Positions 17,090 through 25,026 of a stretch of 31,674 nt of DNA are shown piece after piece (within the stretch, counting starts at the first letter, position 1; every line of letters starts with the position of its first letter). The translations under genes and the position numbers were made by a program. Origin of the DNA: an uncultured Methanosarcinales archaeon (GTDB lineage Archaea > Nanobdellota > Nanobdellia > Woesearchaeales > JAGVZT01); contig CAYQPU010000018.1 of assembly GCA_964419615.1 (NCBI GenBank), positions 1-31,674 on the forward strand, in the 5' to 3' direction. The notes beneath the pieces are model-generated. The model was not told the origin of the DNA, did not search any database, and saw only the letters and a list, made by a program, of their open reading frames with translations.

Positions 17090-17662
17090 ATGGCTGAGCC
17101 GTCCTACTTTAGAAACGTTATTGAATTTTTCAATGACTTTGGGCTTTATGATGTAATATTACCCTTCTTACTAATATTTACAATTACATTTGCAATCCTT
17201 GATAAGACAAGAGTTTTTGGAAGCGACAAAATTGGAGATAACACATATCCAAAAAAGAGTATCAATGCGGTTGTAGCATTTGTAATAGCATTTTTTGTTG
17301 TAGCATCAGCACATCTAGTAGAAGTTATCACCAAAGTTTCATCTCATGTAGTTATTTTGTTAATGGCATCAGTTTTCTTCTTGACATTAGTTGGATCATT
17401 TATGAAAGAAACAGAAGAAGGAGTTTTTTTACCAGAAGGCTGGCAAGCCCCATTTATGATTGTAATGCTTATTGGAATTGTATTAATATTTTTGAATGCA
17501 CTTGGTTGGCTTGATAAATCATATACTTGGATACAACAGTATTGGTCAAATGACTTTGTCTCAGCTGGATTTTTATTACTAATTATTGCAGGTGTAATGT
17601 GGTTAGTCATGAAAGATAAGAAAGGATCAGGTTCATCTAGTTCAAATGGAGGAGAGGATTAA
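17090..17662 (+). CDS. Multi-TM membrane protein, paralog 1 of 3
   Basis: DVILPFLLIFTITFAILDKTRVFG...INAVVAFVIAFFVV, about 5 TMs, Gly/Ser tail. Confidence 0.8.
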   Translation: MAEPSYFRNVIEFFNDFGLYDVILPFLLIFTITFAILDKTRVFGSDKIGDNTYPKKSINAVVAFVIAFFVVASAHLVEVITKVSSHVVILLMASVFFLTLVGSFMKETEEGVFLPEGWQAPFMIVMLIGIVLIFLNALGWLDKSYTWIQQYWSNDFVSAGFLLLIIAGVMWLVMKDKKGSGSSSSNGGED

Positions 17663-17663
17663 T

Positions 17664-18275
17664 ATGGCAATTAGAAATTTTACTGATGTTTTTTTAAGAT
17701 TAGAATCAATGGGATTAACAGATGTGCTGCTCCCATTTTTATTAATCTTTACAATAGTGTTTTCAGTTCTGCAAAGGGTACACATCTTTGGTGATCGAAG
17801 AAATATTAGTGGTATTGTGGCAGTAATTTTGGCACTGCTTGTGGTAATACCTCATGTGACAGGAGACTATCCTCCTAATGCTGATATTGTTGAAATAATG
17901 AACAAAGCAATACCTAATGTATCAATTTTCATTGTAGCAATAGTTATGTTGTTAATCATGATTGGTGTATTTGGAGTTAATGTAAACATTGCAGAATCAC
18001 CATTAGGTGGGGTAGTGGCTTTAGTTTCATTCTTAATTGTTGGAGCAATCTTTGCCAATAGTGCAGGATGGTTTGGAAACAGAAACTTGCCACCCTGGTT
18101 GTCTTTTTTAGGTGATGCTGACACGCAAGCTCTCATAATTGTATTACTATTCTTTGGTATTATTGTATGGTTCGTGACTAGTGAACCCAATGAAGGATCA
18201 AGTATTGGAGATGGATTAACAGGGATGTTAAGTTCCCTTGGTCAATCTATTCAAAGAAGAGGTAGAAATCCTTAA
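17664..18275 (+). CDS. Multi-TM membrane protein, paralog 2 of 3
   Basis: DVLLPFLLIFTIVFSVLQRVHIFG...ISGIVAVILALLVV. ATG at 17664 follows a GGAGGAGAGG RBS. Confidence 0.8.
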   Translation: MAIRNFTDVFLRLESMGLTDVLLPFLLIFTIVFSVLQRVHIFGDRRNISGIVAVILALLVVIPHVTGDYPPNADIVEIMNKAIPNVSIFIVAIVMLLIMIGVFGVNVNIAESPLGGVVALVSFLIVGAIFANSAGWFGNRNLPPWLSFLGDADTQALIIVLLFFGIIVWFVTSEPNEGSSIGDGLTGMLSSLGQSIQRRGRNP

Positions 18276-18277
18276 AG

Positions 18278-18871
18278 ATGGCGACAATATTTGATATAGG
18301 TTTGTTAGAATATTTCTCACCTATATTCACATTTATTTTCATTTTCGTTGCAATGTTTGGTATACTCCAAGTTGTCAAGATTTTTGGAGAAAAATCACAA
18401 AACCTTAATGCAATAATTGGTTTTTGTATTGCATTATTCCTAACATTTGCAGATAAACCAAGATTAATAGTTAATGGTATGATTCCTTGGTTTGCACTAA
18501 TGTTTGTATTTGGTCTATTTTTACTCACTGCAATGAGATTCATATTTGGTTCTGAAGCTGGAGATTCAATGCTTCTTTCCATGCTTGGTGGGAAGACAGG
18601 AGCAGGTTGGTGGGTTGGTGTTGGAGCAATCATCATCTTAATTGTGGGCATTAGTTCAGTAATCGGTGATCCACTGGCGGATTCGGGAGAAAACGCTACA
18701 ACAGATGCTAGTACAGGTAATAGTGATGGATCCTCAGGGAGTACAGCAACAGATGATTACAGAACAAACGTACTCAACACATTGTATCATCCAAAATTAT
18801 TAGGTGCTGTAGTCCTTTTACTAATTGCACTATTTGCAATATTGTTAATTACCAGAACAGCAAGAGTATAA
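18278..18871 (+). CDS. Multi-TM membrane protein, paralog 3 of 3 (most divergent)
   Basis: PIFTFIFIFVAMFGILQVVKIFGE...LNAIIGFCIALFL, with an S/T/G/D-rich loop before the last TM. Confidence 0.8.
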   Translation: MATIFDIGLLEYFSPIFTFIFIFVAMFGILQVVKIFGEKSQNLNAIIGFCIALFLTFADKPRLIVNGMIPWFALMFVFGLFLLTAMRFIFGSEAGDSMLLSMLGGKTGAGWWVGVGAIIILIVGISSVIGDPLADSGENATTDASTGNSDGSSGSTATDDYRTNVLNTLYHPKLLGAVVLLLIALFAILLITRTARV

Positions 18872-18886
18872 AAATTGAAAATCATC

Positions 18887-19504
18887 TTATACTTTCTTTA
18901 ACTTTTTTGCAACTCTATCCAACTCATTAACATTATCTGAAAACTTTGGTAACATATCTTTAAACACTTTATCCATTGCCTTTATTTGTGAGCCGACATC
19001 TCTTACATTCTTATCATACTCATCAACTCTTCCCAAAACAACCTTGTTAAGCGAATCAAAACTTTCCTTTAAATCACCAACTCTTTGTTCCATTGCACTA
19101 ATTCGTGCTTCAGCTCGATCTTTCCACTTAACAATCTTATTAACGCTTTGCAGCAGTTCATCCCATAATTCATCAATTATAGACTCAGCAATCTCCTCAA
19201 ATCTGTCCATATCATCAACAGGAACTTGTGAAGATCCACTAAAAGCAGGTGCAGGCTGCTGCTGTTGCTCAAATTGTTGAGGTGGCGGAAATGCTTGAGC
19301 AGGTTCTGGCACTGGTTCTATTGGTTGAGGTCCAGCATTTACCAAATCTGCTTGATTCATGGCATCAAATATTTGATTTGAGTTAAAACCATCTCTTTGC
19401 AGAGTCTGGATTATCTGGTTATCAGATAAACCTTGTTTTCTCATTGTACCAACTTGCTCAGTAGGCAAACCCTGATTAGAACTCTTTTTTCCACCAAACA
19501 CCAT
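18887..19504 (-). CDS. Cytoplasmic protein: small helical N-domain, P/Q-rich linker, long coiled coil
   Basis: MRKQGLSDNQIIQTLQRDGFNSNQIFDAM, then PEPAQAFPPPQQFEQQQQP, then heptad-rich C-terminus. Confidence 0.8.
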   Translation of the reverse strand: MVFGGKKSSNQGLPTEQVGTMRKQGLSDNQIIQTLQRDGFNSNQIFDAMNQADLVNAGPQPIEPVPEPAQAFPPPQQFEQQQQPAPAFSGSSQVPVDDMDRFEEIAESIIDELWDELLQSVNKIVKWKDRAEARISAMEQRVGDLKESFDSLNKVVLGRVDEYDKNVRDVGSQIKAMDKVFKDMLPKFSDNVNELDRVAKKLKKV

Positions 19505-19561
19505 TTTTAATGTCCTTTATATTGCACAATTTTTAAAAGTTTCGGAATTAATCCAATATAT

Positions 19562-19963
19562 TCATTTATCCAACATATCTTTTACAATCCTTTCAACTTG
19601 TTCTTGAGTTACAAATTTAACTGGTTGCCAATACCCCAAATATTTTTCCAAAGTCTTGATATCTTCTGTTCTTGCACATTTTTTTAACTCTGCAATCACC
19701 AACCCAACATTCTCATTAAGCTTTCCAATTGTATGCTTGAGTTCATCAATCTCTGACTTATTGGCTCTAAGTTCCTTATGAATTTTTTTGTGACTATCTA
19801 GCATATTCTCATCAGTTAATTGCATTTTCTGATGAAGAGTCTTGTATCTATCCTCAAGTAACCTAAGTCTGCGATTGGCTTCTGCAACCTGCCCGGCAAC
19901 CTCATTAATATTAGGTCCAGTTGGTTGTTGTTCTGTTTTATGAATCAAGGGGTTATTTTTCAT
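19562..19963 (-). CDS. Coiled-coil protein, divergent from the secretion ATPase
   Basis: 133 aa, heptad pattern, ends LEKYLGYWQPVKFVTQEQVERIV. Confidence 0.8.
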   Translation of the reverse strand: MKNNPLIHKTEQQPTGPNINEVAGQVAEANRRLRLLEDRYKTLHQKMQLTDENMLDSHKKIHKELRANKSEIDELKHTIGKLNENVGLVIAELKKCARTEDIKTLEKYLGYWQPVKFVTQEQVERIVKDMLDK

Positions 19964-20046
19964 TTGTTATGATCCCTCTAAGCGCGAGCAAAATTGGTTT
20001 TTTATTTTCCGTTATATTTTTATACATTGGAATATTTAATATTTTT

Positions 20047-20082
20047 AATACTCCAGATTTATATTAAATCTTTGTGAGTATT
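20047..20082. promoter_or_regulatory. Nested palindrome over a TATA-like element in the divergent promoter
   Basis: AATACTC-C-AGATTTA-TAT-TAAATCT-TTGT-GAGTATT, with outer TTGGAA (20027) / TTCCAA (20082-20087). Confidence 0.45.
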
Positions 20083-20105
20083 TCCAAGTGGTGTTGGTCA
20101 AAAAT

Positions 20106-22397
20106 ATGTCCACTAATAAAAACCAAGAAAGAGGTGTATTTAGTTCTCAAATAGTCCAAGAAGGAGAAGATAGAACTTTAAGAATTGATTGTTCAAAATG
20201 CACTTTTCTACCTTCAATAGAAGATAATCCTCTTGTGATGTCTAAAACAATTGAACTACTAGTTGAAAACAAAACTGTCACTAAAATCGTATTCTATCAA
20301 CAAAGAGACTTTGTTTATGAATTTGAACAAACAAGAATGTTGATGCAAATTGCAGGTGTGTATGATAAATTAGTAAGAGAAAAAAATCTTCTTGGTCACC
20401 AAAAATTGGGATTTTCTCAAGGTTATACCAAAGGATTTAATCAAAGATTTGCAGAAATTCATAATATTAATTACAACCTTGTCAAAAGTGATCCAATCGG
20501 AGCTTATGTTGAGCTAAAACGTCTTTTAAGAAGAGAAAAATCAGCATTAGAAGCTGAGATGGATCCAATATATGCTCAAAGTTTGGAAAGGTACATTGCT
20601 CTACTTGAATCAGTAATTGACATGCTAGGTGATATTACAATTATTAAACTAGCAAAACCATACCTTGCAGGATACCATCCTGGAGACAGATCAATATATG
20701 GTAGGATAATCAACCCAGTTATCAAGCCTGATTTTATGTTCACCAGGTTAATGGCTAAGTATCCTGCTGAAGCAGAAGAGCTAGCCACATACACATTTGG
20801 AAATTCTGAAGTCATGATCTTTCGACTTCCTGGTTCAATTCAATATCTATATCATCTTATCCCTCCAGAATTCCAATTATCTGAAGAAAAATATGAGATC
20901 CTTGATACAGCAAGATCAATTATTGCTGAACACAAACCAAAAAAATCAGAATTTATTGATCCAGAGAGAATGAGGGCTGTTTTTTACAACGTTGGTAAGG
21001 ATCTAATTGAAGAGTTAGTCACCAGTAGAAAATTAAGTTTAAGAAGCAAAGAAATTGATGAACTAACAAGGATCCTTGTAAGATACACTGTTGGATTTGG
21101 TTTAATCGAAGTACTCTTATCTGACCCAAAGGTTCAAGATATAACAATCAATTCTCCAATGGGAAGAACTCCTATATTTATTGTGCACCAAGACTTTGAT
21201 GATTGTGTAACAAACATAATTCCTTCAAGACCTGAAGCTGATTCATGGGCATCAAAGTTAAGAATGATCTCAGGAAGACCGCTTGATGAGGCTAATCCAA
21301 TACTTGACACTGAACTGGAACTTCCAAAAGCCAGGGCAAGAGTAGCTGTAATCTCTCCCCCGTTAAATCCGTCTGGTTTGGCATTTGCACTTCGAAGACA
21401 CAGAGACAAACCATGGACGCTGCCACTATTTATGCATAATGGAATGATAAGTCCTCTTGCAGCAGGAGTCTTAAGCTTCATTATTGACGGGTCAAGAACA
21501 ATGCTTGTTGCAGGAACCAGAAGCGCTGGAAAAACCTCTTTGCTTGGGTCATTAATGATAGAAATAATGAGAAAATATCGAATTATAACAATTGAAGATA
21601 CTCTGGAATTACCCTCTACTGCAATGAGAAAATTAGGCTATAATATTCAGCCAATGAAAGTTGCTAGTGCAATGACAAAATCAACATCAGAAGTCTCTGC
21701 AGATGAAGGAATAAGAACCACACTTAGAATGGGGGATTCATGCTTGATTGTAGGAGAAGTTAGAAGCACAGAAGCAGCAGCACTTTATGAAGCAATGAGA
21801 GTCGGTGCTTTAGCAAACGTTGTTGCAGGCACAATTCATGGCGACTCTCCATACGGTGTTTATGATAGAGTTGTAAATGATCTAAAAGTTCCAAAAACAA
21901 GTTTCAAAGCAACTGACGTTATTGTTGTAGCAAATCCAATTAAAAGTGCAGATGGTCTTCATAGATGGAGAAGAATTACACAAATTACAGAAGTTAGAAA
22001 GCATTGGGAAAATGACCCATTATTAGAACATGGTTTTGTGGATTTGTTAAAATATGATTCCAGAAGCGATCAATTAGAACCTACAAACGACTTAATCAAC
22101 GGTGAAAGTGAAGTTCTAAAATCTATAGCAGGAAATGTTAAAGAATGGGCTGGAAACTGGGATGCTGTTTGGGACAACATACTTCTAAGAGCTAATATCA
22201 AAAAAGCCTTGGTCGATTATGCTGAAAAATCCAAAAACTTTGCTCTCTTAGAAGCACCATTTGTAATAAAATCAAATGATGAATTTCATATGCTTTCAGA
22301 TACAGTAAAAGAAGAAGTAGGAACTATTGATAGTAAAATAATCTTTTCCAGGTGGAAAGACTGGTTAATTTCAGAAATAAAAAAACAGAATATCTAG
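20106..22397 (+). CDS. Type II/IV secretion ATPase (VirB11/TadA/CpaF/ArlI family) with long N-terminal extension
   Basis: Walker A GTRSAGKT, TIEDTLEL Asp box, LRMGDSCLIVGEVRS Walker B, TIHG His box, N-terminal CSKC. GTG at 20088 is the alternative start. Confidence 0.9.
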   Translation: MSTNKNQERGVFSSQIVQEGEDRTLRIDCSKCTFLPSIEDNPLVMSKTIELLVENKTVTKIVFYQQRDFVYEFEQTRMLMQIAGVYDKLVREKNLLGHQKLGFSQGYTKGFNQRFAEIHNINYNLVKSDPIGAYVELKRLLRREKSALEAEMDPIYAQSLERYIALLESVIDMLGDITIIKLAKPYLAGYHPGDRSIYGRIINPVIKPDFMFTRLMAKYPAEAEELATYTFGNSEVMIFRLPGSIQYLYHLIPPEFQLSEEKYEILDTARSIIAEHKPKKSEFIDPERMRAVFYNVGKDLIEELVTSRKLSLRSKEIDELTRILVRYTVGFGLIEVLLSDPKVQDITINSPMGRTPIFIVHQDFDDCVTNIIPSRPEADSWASKLRMISGRPLDEANPILDTELELPKARARVAVISPPLNPSGLAFALRRHRDKPWTLPLFMHNGMISPLAAGVLSFIIDGSRTMLVAGTRSAGKTSLLGSLMIEIMRKYRIITIEDTLELPSTAMRKLGYNIQPMKVASAMTKSTSEVSADEGIRTTLRMGDSCLIVGEVRSTEAAALYEAMRVGALANVVAGTIHGDSPYGVYDRVVNDLKVPKTSFKATDVIVVANPIKSADGLHRWRRITQITEVRKHWENDPLLEHGFVDLLKYDSRSDQLEPTNDLINGESEVLKSIAGNVKEWAGNWDAVWDNILLRANIKKALVDYAEKSKNFALLEAPFVIKSNDEFHMLSDTVKEEVGTIDSKIIFSRWKDWLISEIKKQNI

Positions 22398-22410
22398 TGA
22401 GCAGATTAAA

Positions 22411-23934
22411 ATGAGCAAAAAATCTCAAATAACTTACTTTATAATCATTGCAATAGTGGTTTTAATATTATTTTTATTTTTAGTATATTTTAGGGCTAAA
22501 TCACAAACACCTGATTCCACAGGTCCAAATGCAAACAAACCTTTTTTAGAAGAACCAATCATACTTTATGTTGAGTCATGTCTTACAAATTCAGTTGAAG
22601 AAGCTCTAGCAATTATGGGTATGCAGGGAGGTAGAATTTACGAACATCAGGTAAAAGGAACATCTGGATACCTCGGTCCTCCACTTAGAGATTATGCAAT
22701 AAGCATAATACCTTATGAATACAATGGAGTAATTCAAAATGTCAGTTATGGGATCTATGCAATACCACCTGTATCATCGGACTACCCTTATTTTGGAAAT
22801 TTAGATCCCAATAATAATTTTCAATTTGGTGTAAATGGACTTGCTCCATTATGTGATAATCAAGGGGCAAATGCATGGGATCTTTCTGAATCACAGTATT
22901 CTTGTGTACAATATGACTTAAGTGACAGCAAGCATTCAATTCAAGAATATGTGGAAAAATATGTGGAAACAGACATAGTGAAGTGTGCAAATTTTAGCCA
23001 ACTTGACTTGGATTATAATATTGAAACAAAAGATGTTAAGGCAACAATCTTGTTTGGAGACGAAGATGTTCATGCAACAGCTGAATTTGACATAATCCTA
23101 AAACATAGTGGAGAATCAATCACTAAAATCGAGAAATTTTCAAAAATCATTAAAATCAGATTTAAAAGAATTTATGAGTTAGCATATTTCCTAATTGAAG
23201 AAGAAAACTCAAATTTGTTCTTTAACATGTCAAATGAAGAAACACTCCAAAACCTGCAAAGATGTCCGAATAAAGACAAAATTCACTTTACTGAAAAATG
23301 TCTAAAACCTGATATGAGTGTAAAACTAATTAATGAACCATGTAAAACAAATTCCATGTGCACCCAGTCTGAAAACTCAGATATAATCTTTATCCAAGAC
23401 AACAAATCTCTTATCAAGAAAACACCATTTGTTTTTATGTTTGGTGTGAAAAACAGAGGACCAGCCATAGACTACATTGATGAAAGCATAGATCCATCAG
23501 CAAATTACTATTTTTACCTAAAAACAAATTATGGAGTATATCCTTCAGATATTTATTATCTGGCTAGCACAAACCAACCAGACAGTTTTTTTAACATTGC
23601 AGTTGATGCAGGTAAAACAATAACAGTGTATCCTAGAGCAGTAGATCCTGATGGAGATGACATAATATATAATTATCTTGGTTGGAAAACACCAACGCCG
23701 ATAGCTGATCAAAATGGAACTAAATACAAAGACATTCTTTCTGGAAAAAGTGATTCAACAGTATATGGTGGAGGAAGCCAAAATAAATGGGAAATGTCCA
23801 CAATGTACTCTAGAACCAAAAAAGATGCAACATTAAAAACAAATGCATCTGACTCAGGTTATCACTGGATTAGAATAGAAATTTCAGATGGTCAGTACTC
23901 CGATTATCAGGATATAGCTATTTTAACTGAGTAA
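22411..23934 (+). CDS. Large pilin-like protein with class III signal peptide and C-terminal Ig/cadherin-like segment
   Basis: MSKKSQ-ITYFIIIAIVVLILF, several Cys pairs, PRAVDPDGDDIIYNY and GYHWIRIEISDG. Confidence 0.75.
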   Translation: MSKKSQITYFIIIAIVVLILFLFLVYFRAKSQTPDSTGPNANKPFLEEPIILYVESCLTNSVEEALAIMGMQGGRIYEHQVKGTSGYLGPPLRDYAISIIPYEYNGVIQNVSYGIYAIPPVSSDYPYFGNLDPNNNFQFGVNGLAPLCDNQGANAWDLSESQYSCVQYDLSDSKHSIQEYVEKYVETDIVKCANFSQLDLDYNIETKDVKATILFGDEDVHATAEFDIILKHSGESITKIEKFSKIIKIRFKRIYELAYFLIEEENSNLFFNMSNEETLQNLQRCPNKDKIHFTEKCLKPDMSVKLINEPCKTNSMCTQSENSDIIFIQDNKSLIKKTPFVFMFGVKNRGPAIDYIDESIDPSANYYFYLKTNYGVYPSDIYYLASTNQPDSFFNIAVDAGKTITVYPRAVDPDGDDIIYNYLGWKTPTPIADQNGTKYKDILSGKSDSTVYGGGSQNKWEMSTMYSRTKKDATLKTNASDSGYHWIRIEISDGQYSDYQDIAILTE

Positions 23935-23963
23935 ATCTAGCAGTAAATATAGTTGAAGAATTC

Positions 23964-24863
23964 TCAATTCCAATGATAATGCAAATTGGAGAAGGTATCT
24001 TCTGCTTGATCTTTACCATCAACTCCAACAACAATTGATTTAATCTGGGGAAAACTTTTAATAAAAGAAATTGATTTCTCTAAATCAAATCCTTCAGGGC
24101 TCGTCAAGATTTTGTAGGCGGTTATTGGTTTTGTTGAGTCTTTAATTGTTTTGAGAGCTATATTAAAATTTGGAAAAACATAAGATCTGTTAATACACAA
24201 CCAACTTCCAGCTACATCTAATTTTCTAGCAGTTGGTAATGAAAGTCCACCACCTTCACACATTAATAAAGGTATAAAACTTAATTCCCTAGTACTCTGA
24301 ATTTCCTTTTCAATAATGTCTATTCTATTGTGTAAAACCAGTGAACTGATACCCAAATTTCCAACTAAACAGAAATCACAAAAATCTTTGAATTTAATAA
24401 GCTGAGATTTGTGTTCATTACTATCAAGTCTGAAATTAGCAATTTCTTTTGAAGAAAAAATATCATCAGAAACTCGTTCAAACCAATAGCATTTATCCTT
24501 AATTTTTTGATCTATTTTCAATGAAGCATAATTTGAAAGCTTTTTCAGGTTTTTTTGAATCCATAATGATTCATTACCAATATAATAACTCTTTTGCCAG
24601 GAAGGATTAGCAATACAAACAATATCTGGAAATTCCATTTTGAATTCTCTCAAAACTTTAATTAAAACTGGATGAGGGGACATACTGAATCCTCTCACTC
24701 CTTTGGAATAAGCAGTCGTTATAGCCTGTCTGTAATCAATTTCCCTTTCCTTATCGGAGTCGTATTTTTTACACTTATTAAACCATCCTGTAAAATGATC
24801 TTCCCCCATGATGACAGAAGGGTATAGTTTGTTTTCAATATCAATAAAGGGGAATTCTTTCAT
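23964..24863 (-). CDS. Hypothetical soluble protein, possibly a TIM-barrel (aldo/keto-reductase-like N-terminus)
   Basis: 299-aa ORF. PSVIMGEDHFTGW...AITTAYSKGVRGF and ending IKSIVVGVDGKDQAEDTF suggest a beta/alpha barrel. Fold call is weak. Confidence 0.6.
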   Translation of the reverse strand: MKEFPFIDIENKLYPSVIMGEDHFTGWFNKCKKYDSDKEREIDYRQAITTAYSKGVRGFSMSPHPVLIKVLREFKMEFPDIVCIANPSWQKSYYIGNESLWIQKNLKKLSNYASLKIDQKIKDKCYWFERVSDDIFSSKEIANFRLDSNEHKSQLIKFKDFCDFCLVGNLGISSLVLHNRIDIIEKEIQSTRELSFIPLLMCEGGGLSLPTARKLDVAGSWLCINRSYVFPNFNIALKTIKDSTKPITAYKILTSPEGFDLEKSISFIKSFPQIKSIVVGVDGKDQAEDTFSNLHYHWN

Positions 24864-25026
24864 AATTATTCCAAAAAAGTCTTTATTATTTAATAATATT
24901 GATGAAGAAAACTAAACCTTGTATCTCAATTATTTCACACTTTATATATCACAAAGCTTTAAAATTAGAAAATTTATTAAGTAACCTATATTAAAATAAT
25001 ATATAAAAATCAGAGATTGAGTTTTT

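Noticed and set aside
17146-18651. Minus-strand ORFs of 62-134 aa
   Set aside because: Antisense shadows of the three hydrophobic membrane-protein genes.
16303-18871. Tat protein-export operon (tatD followed by membrane proteins)
   Set aside because: TatD is a nuclease unrelated to export; the membrane proteins lack TatA/TatC signatures and no twin-arginine signals were seen.
22395-22411. Stop-codon readthrough fusing the ATPase to the 507-aa protein
   Set aside because: Double stop TAG TGA and the next ATG is in a different frame; all recognisable genes are intact under the standard code.
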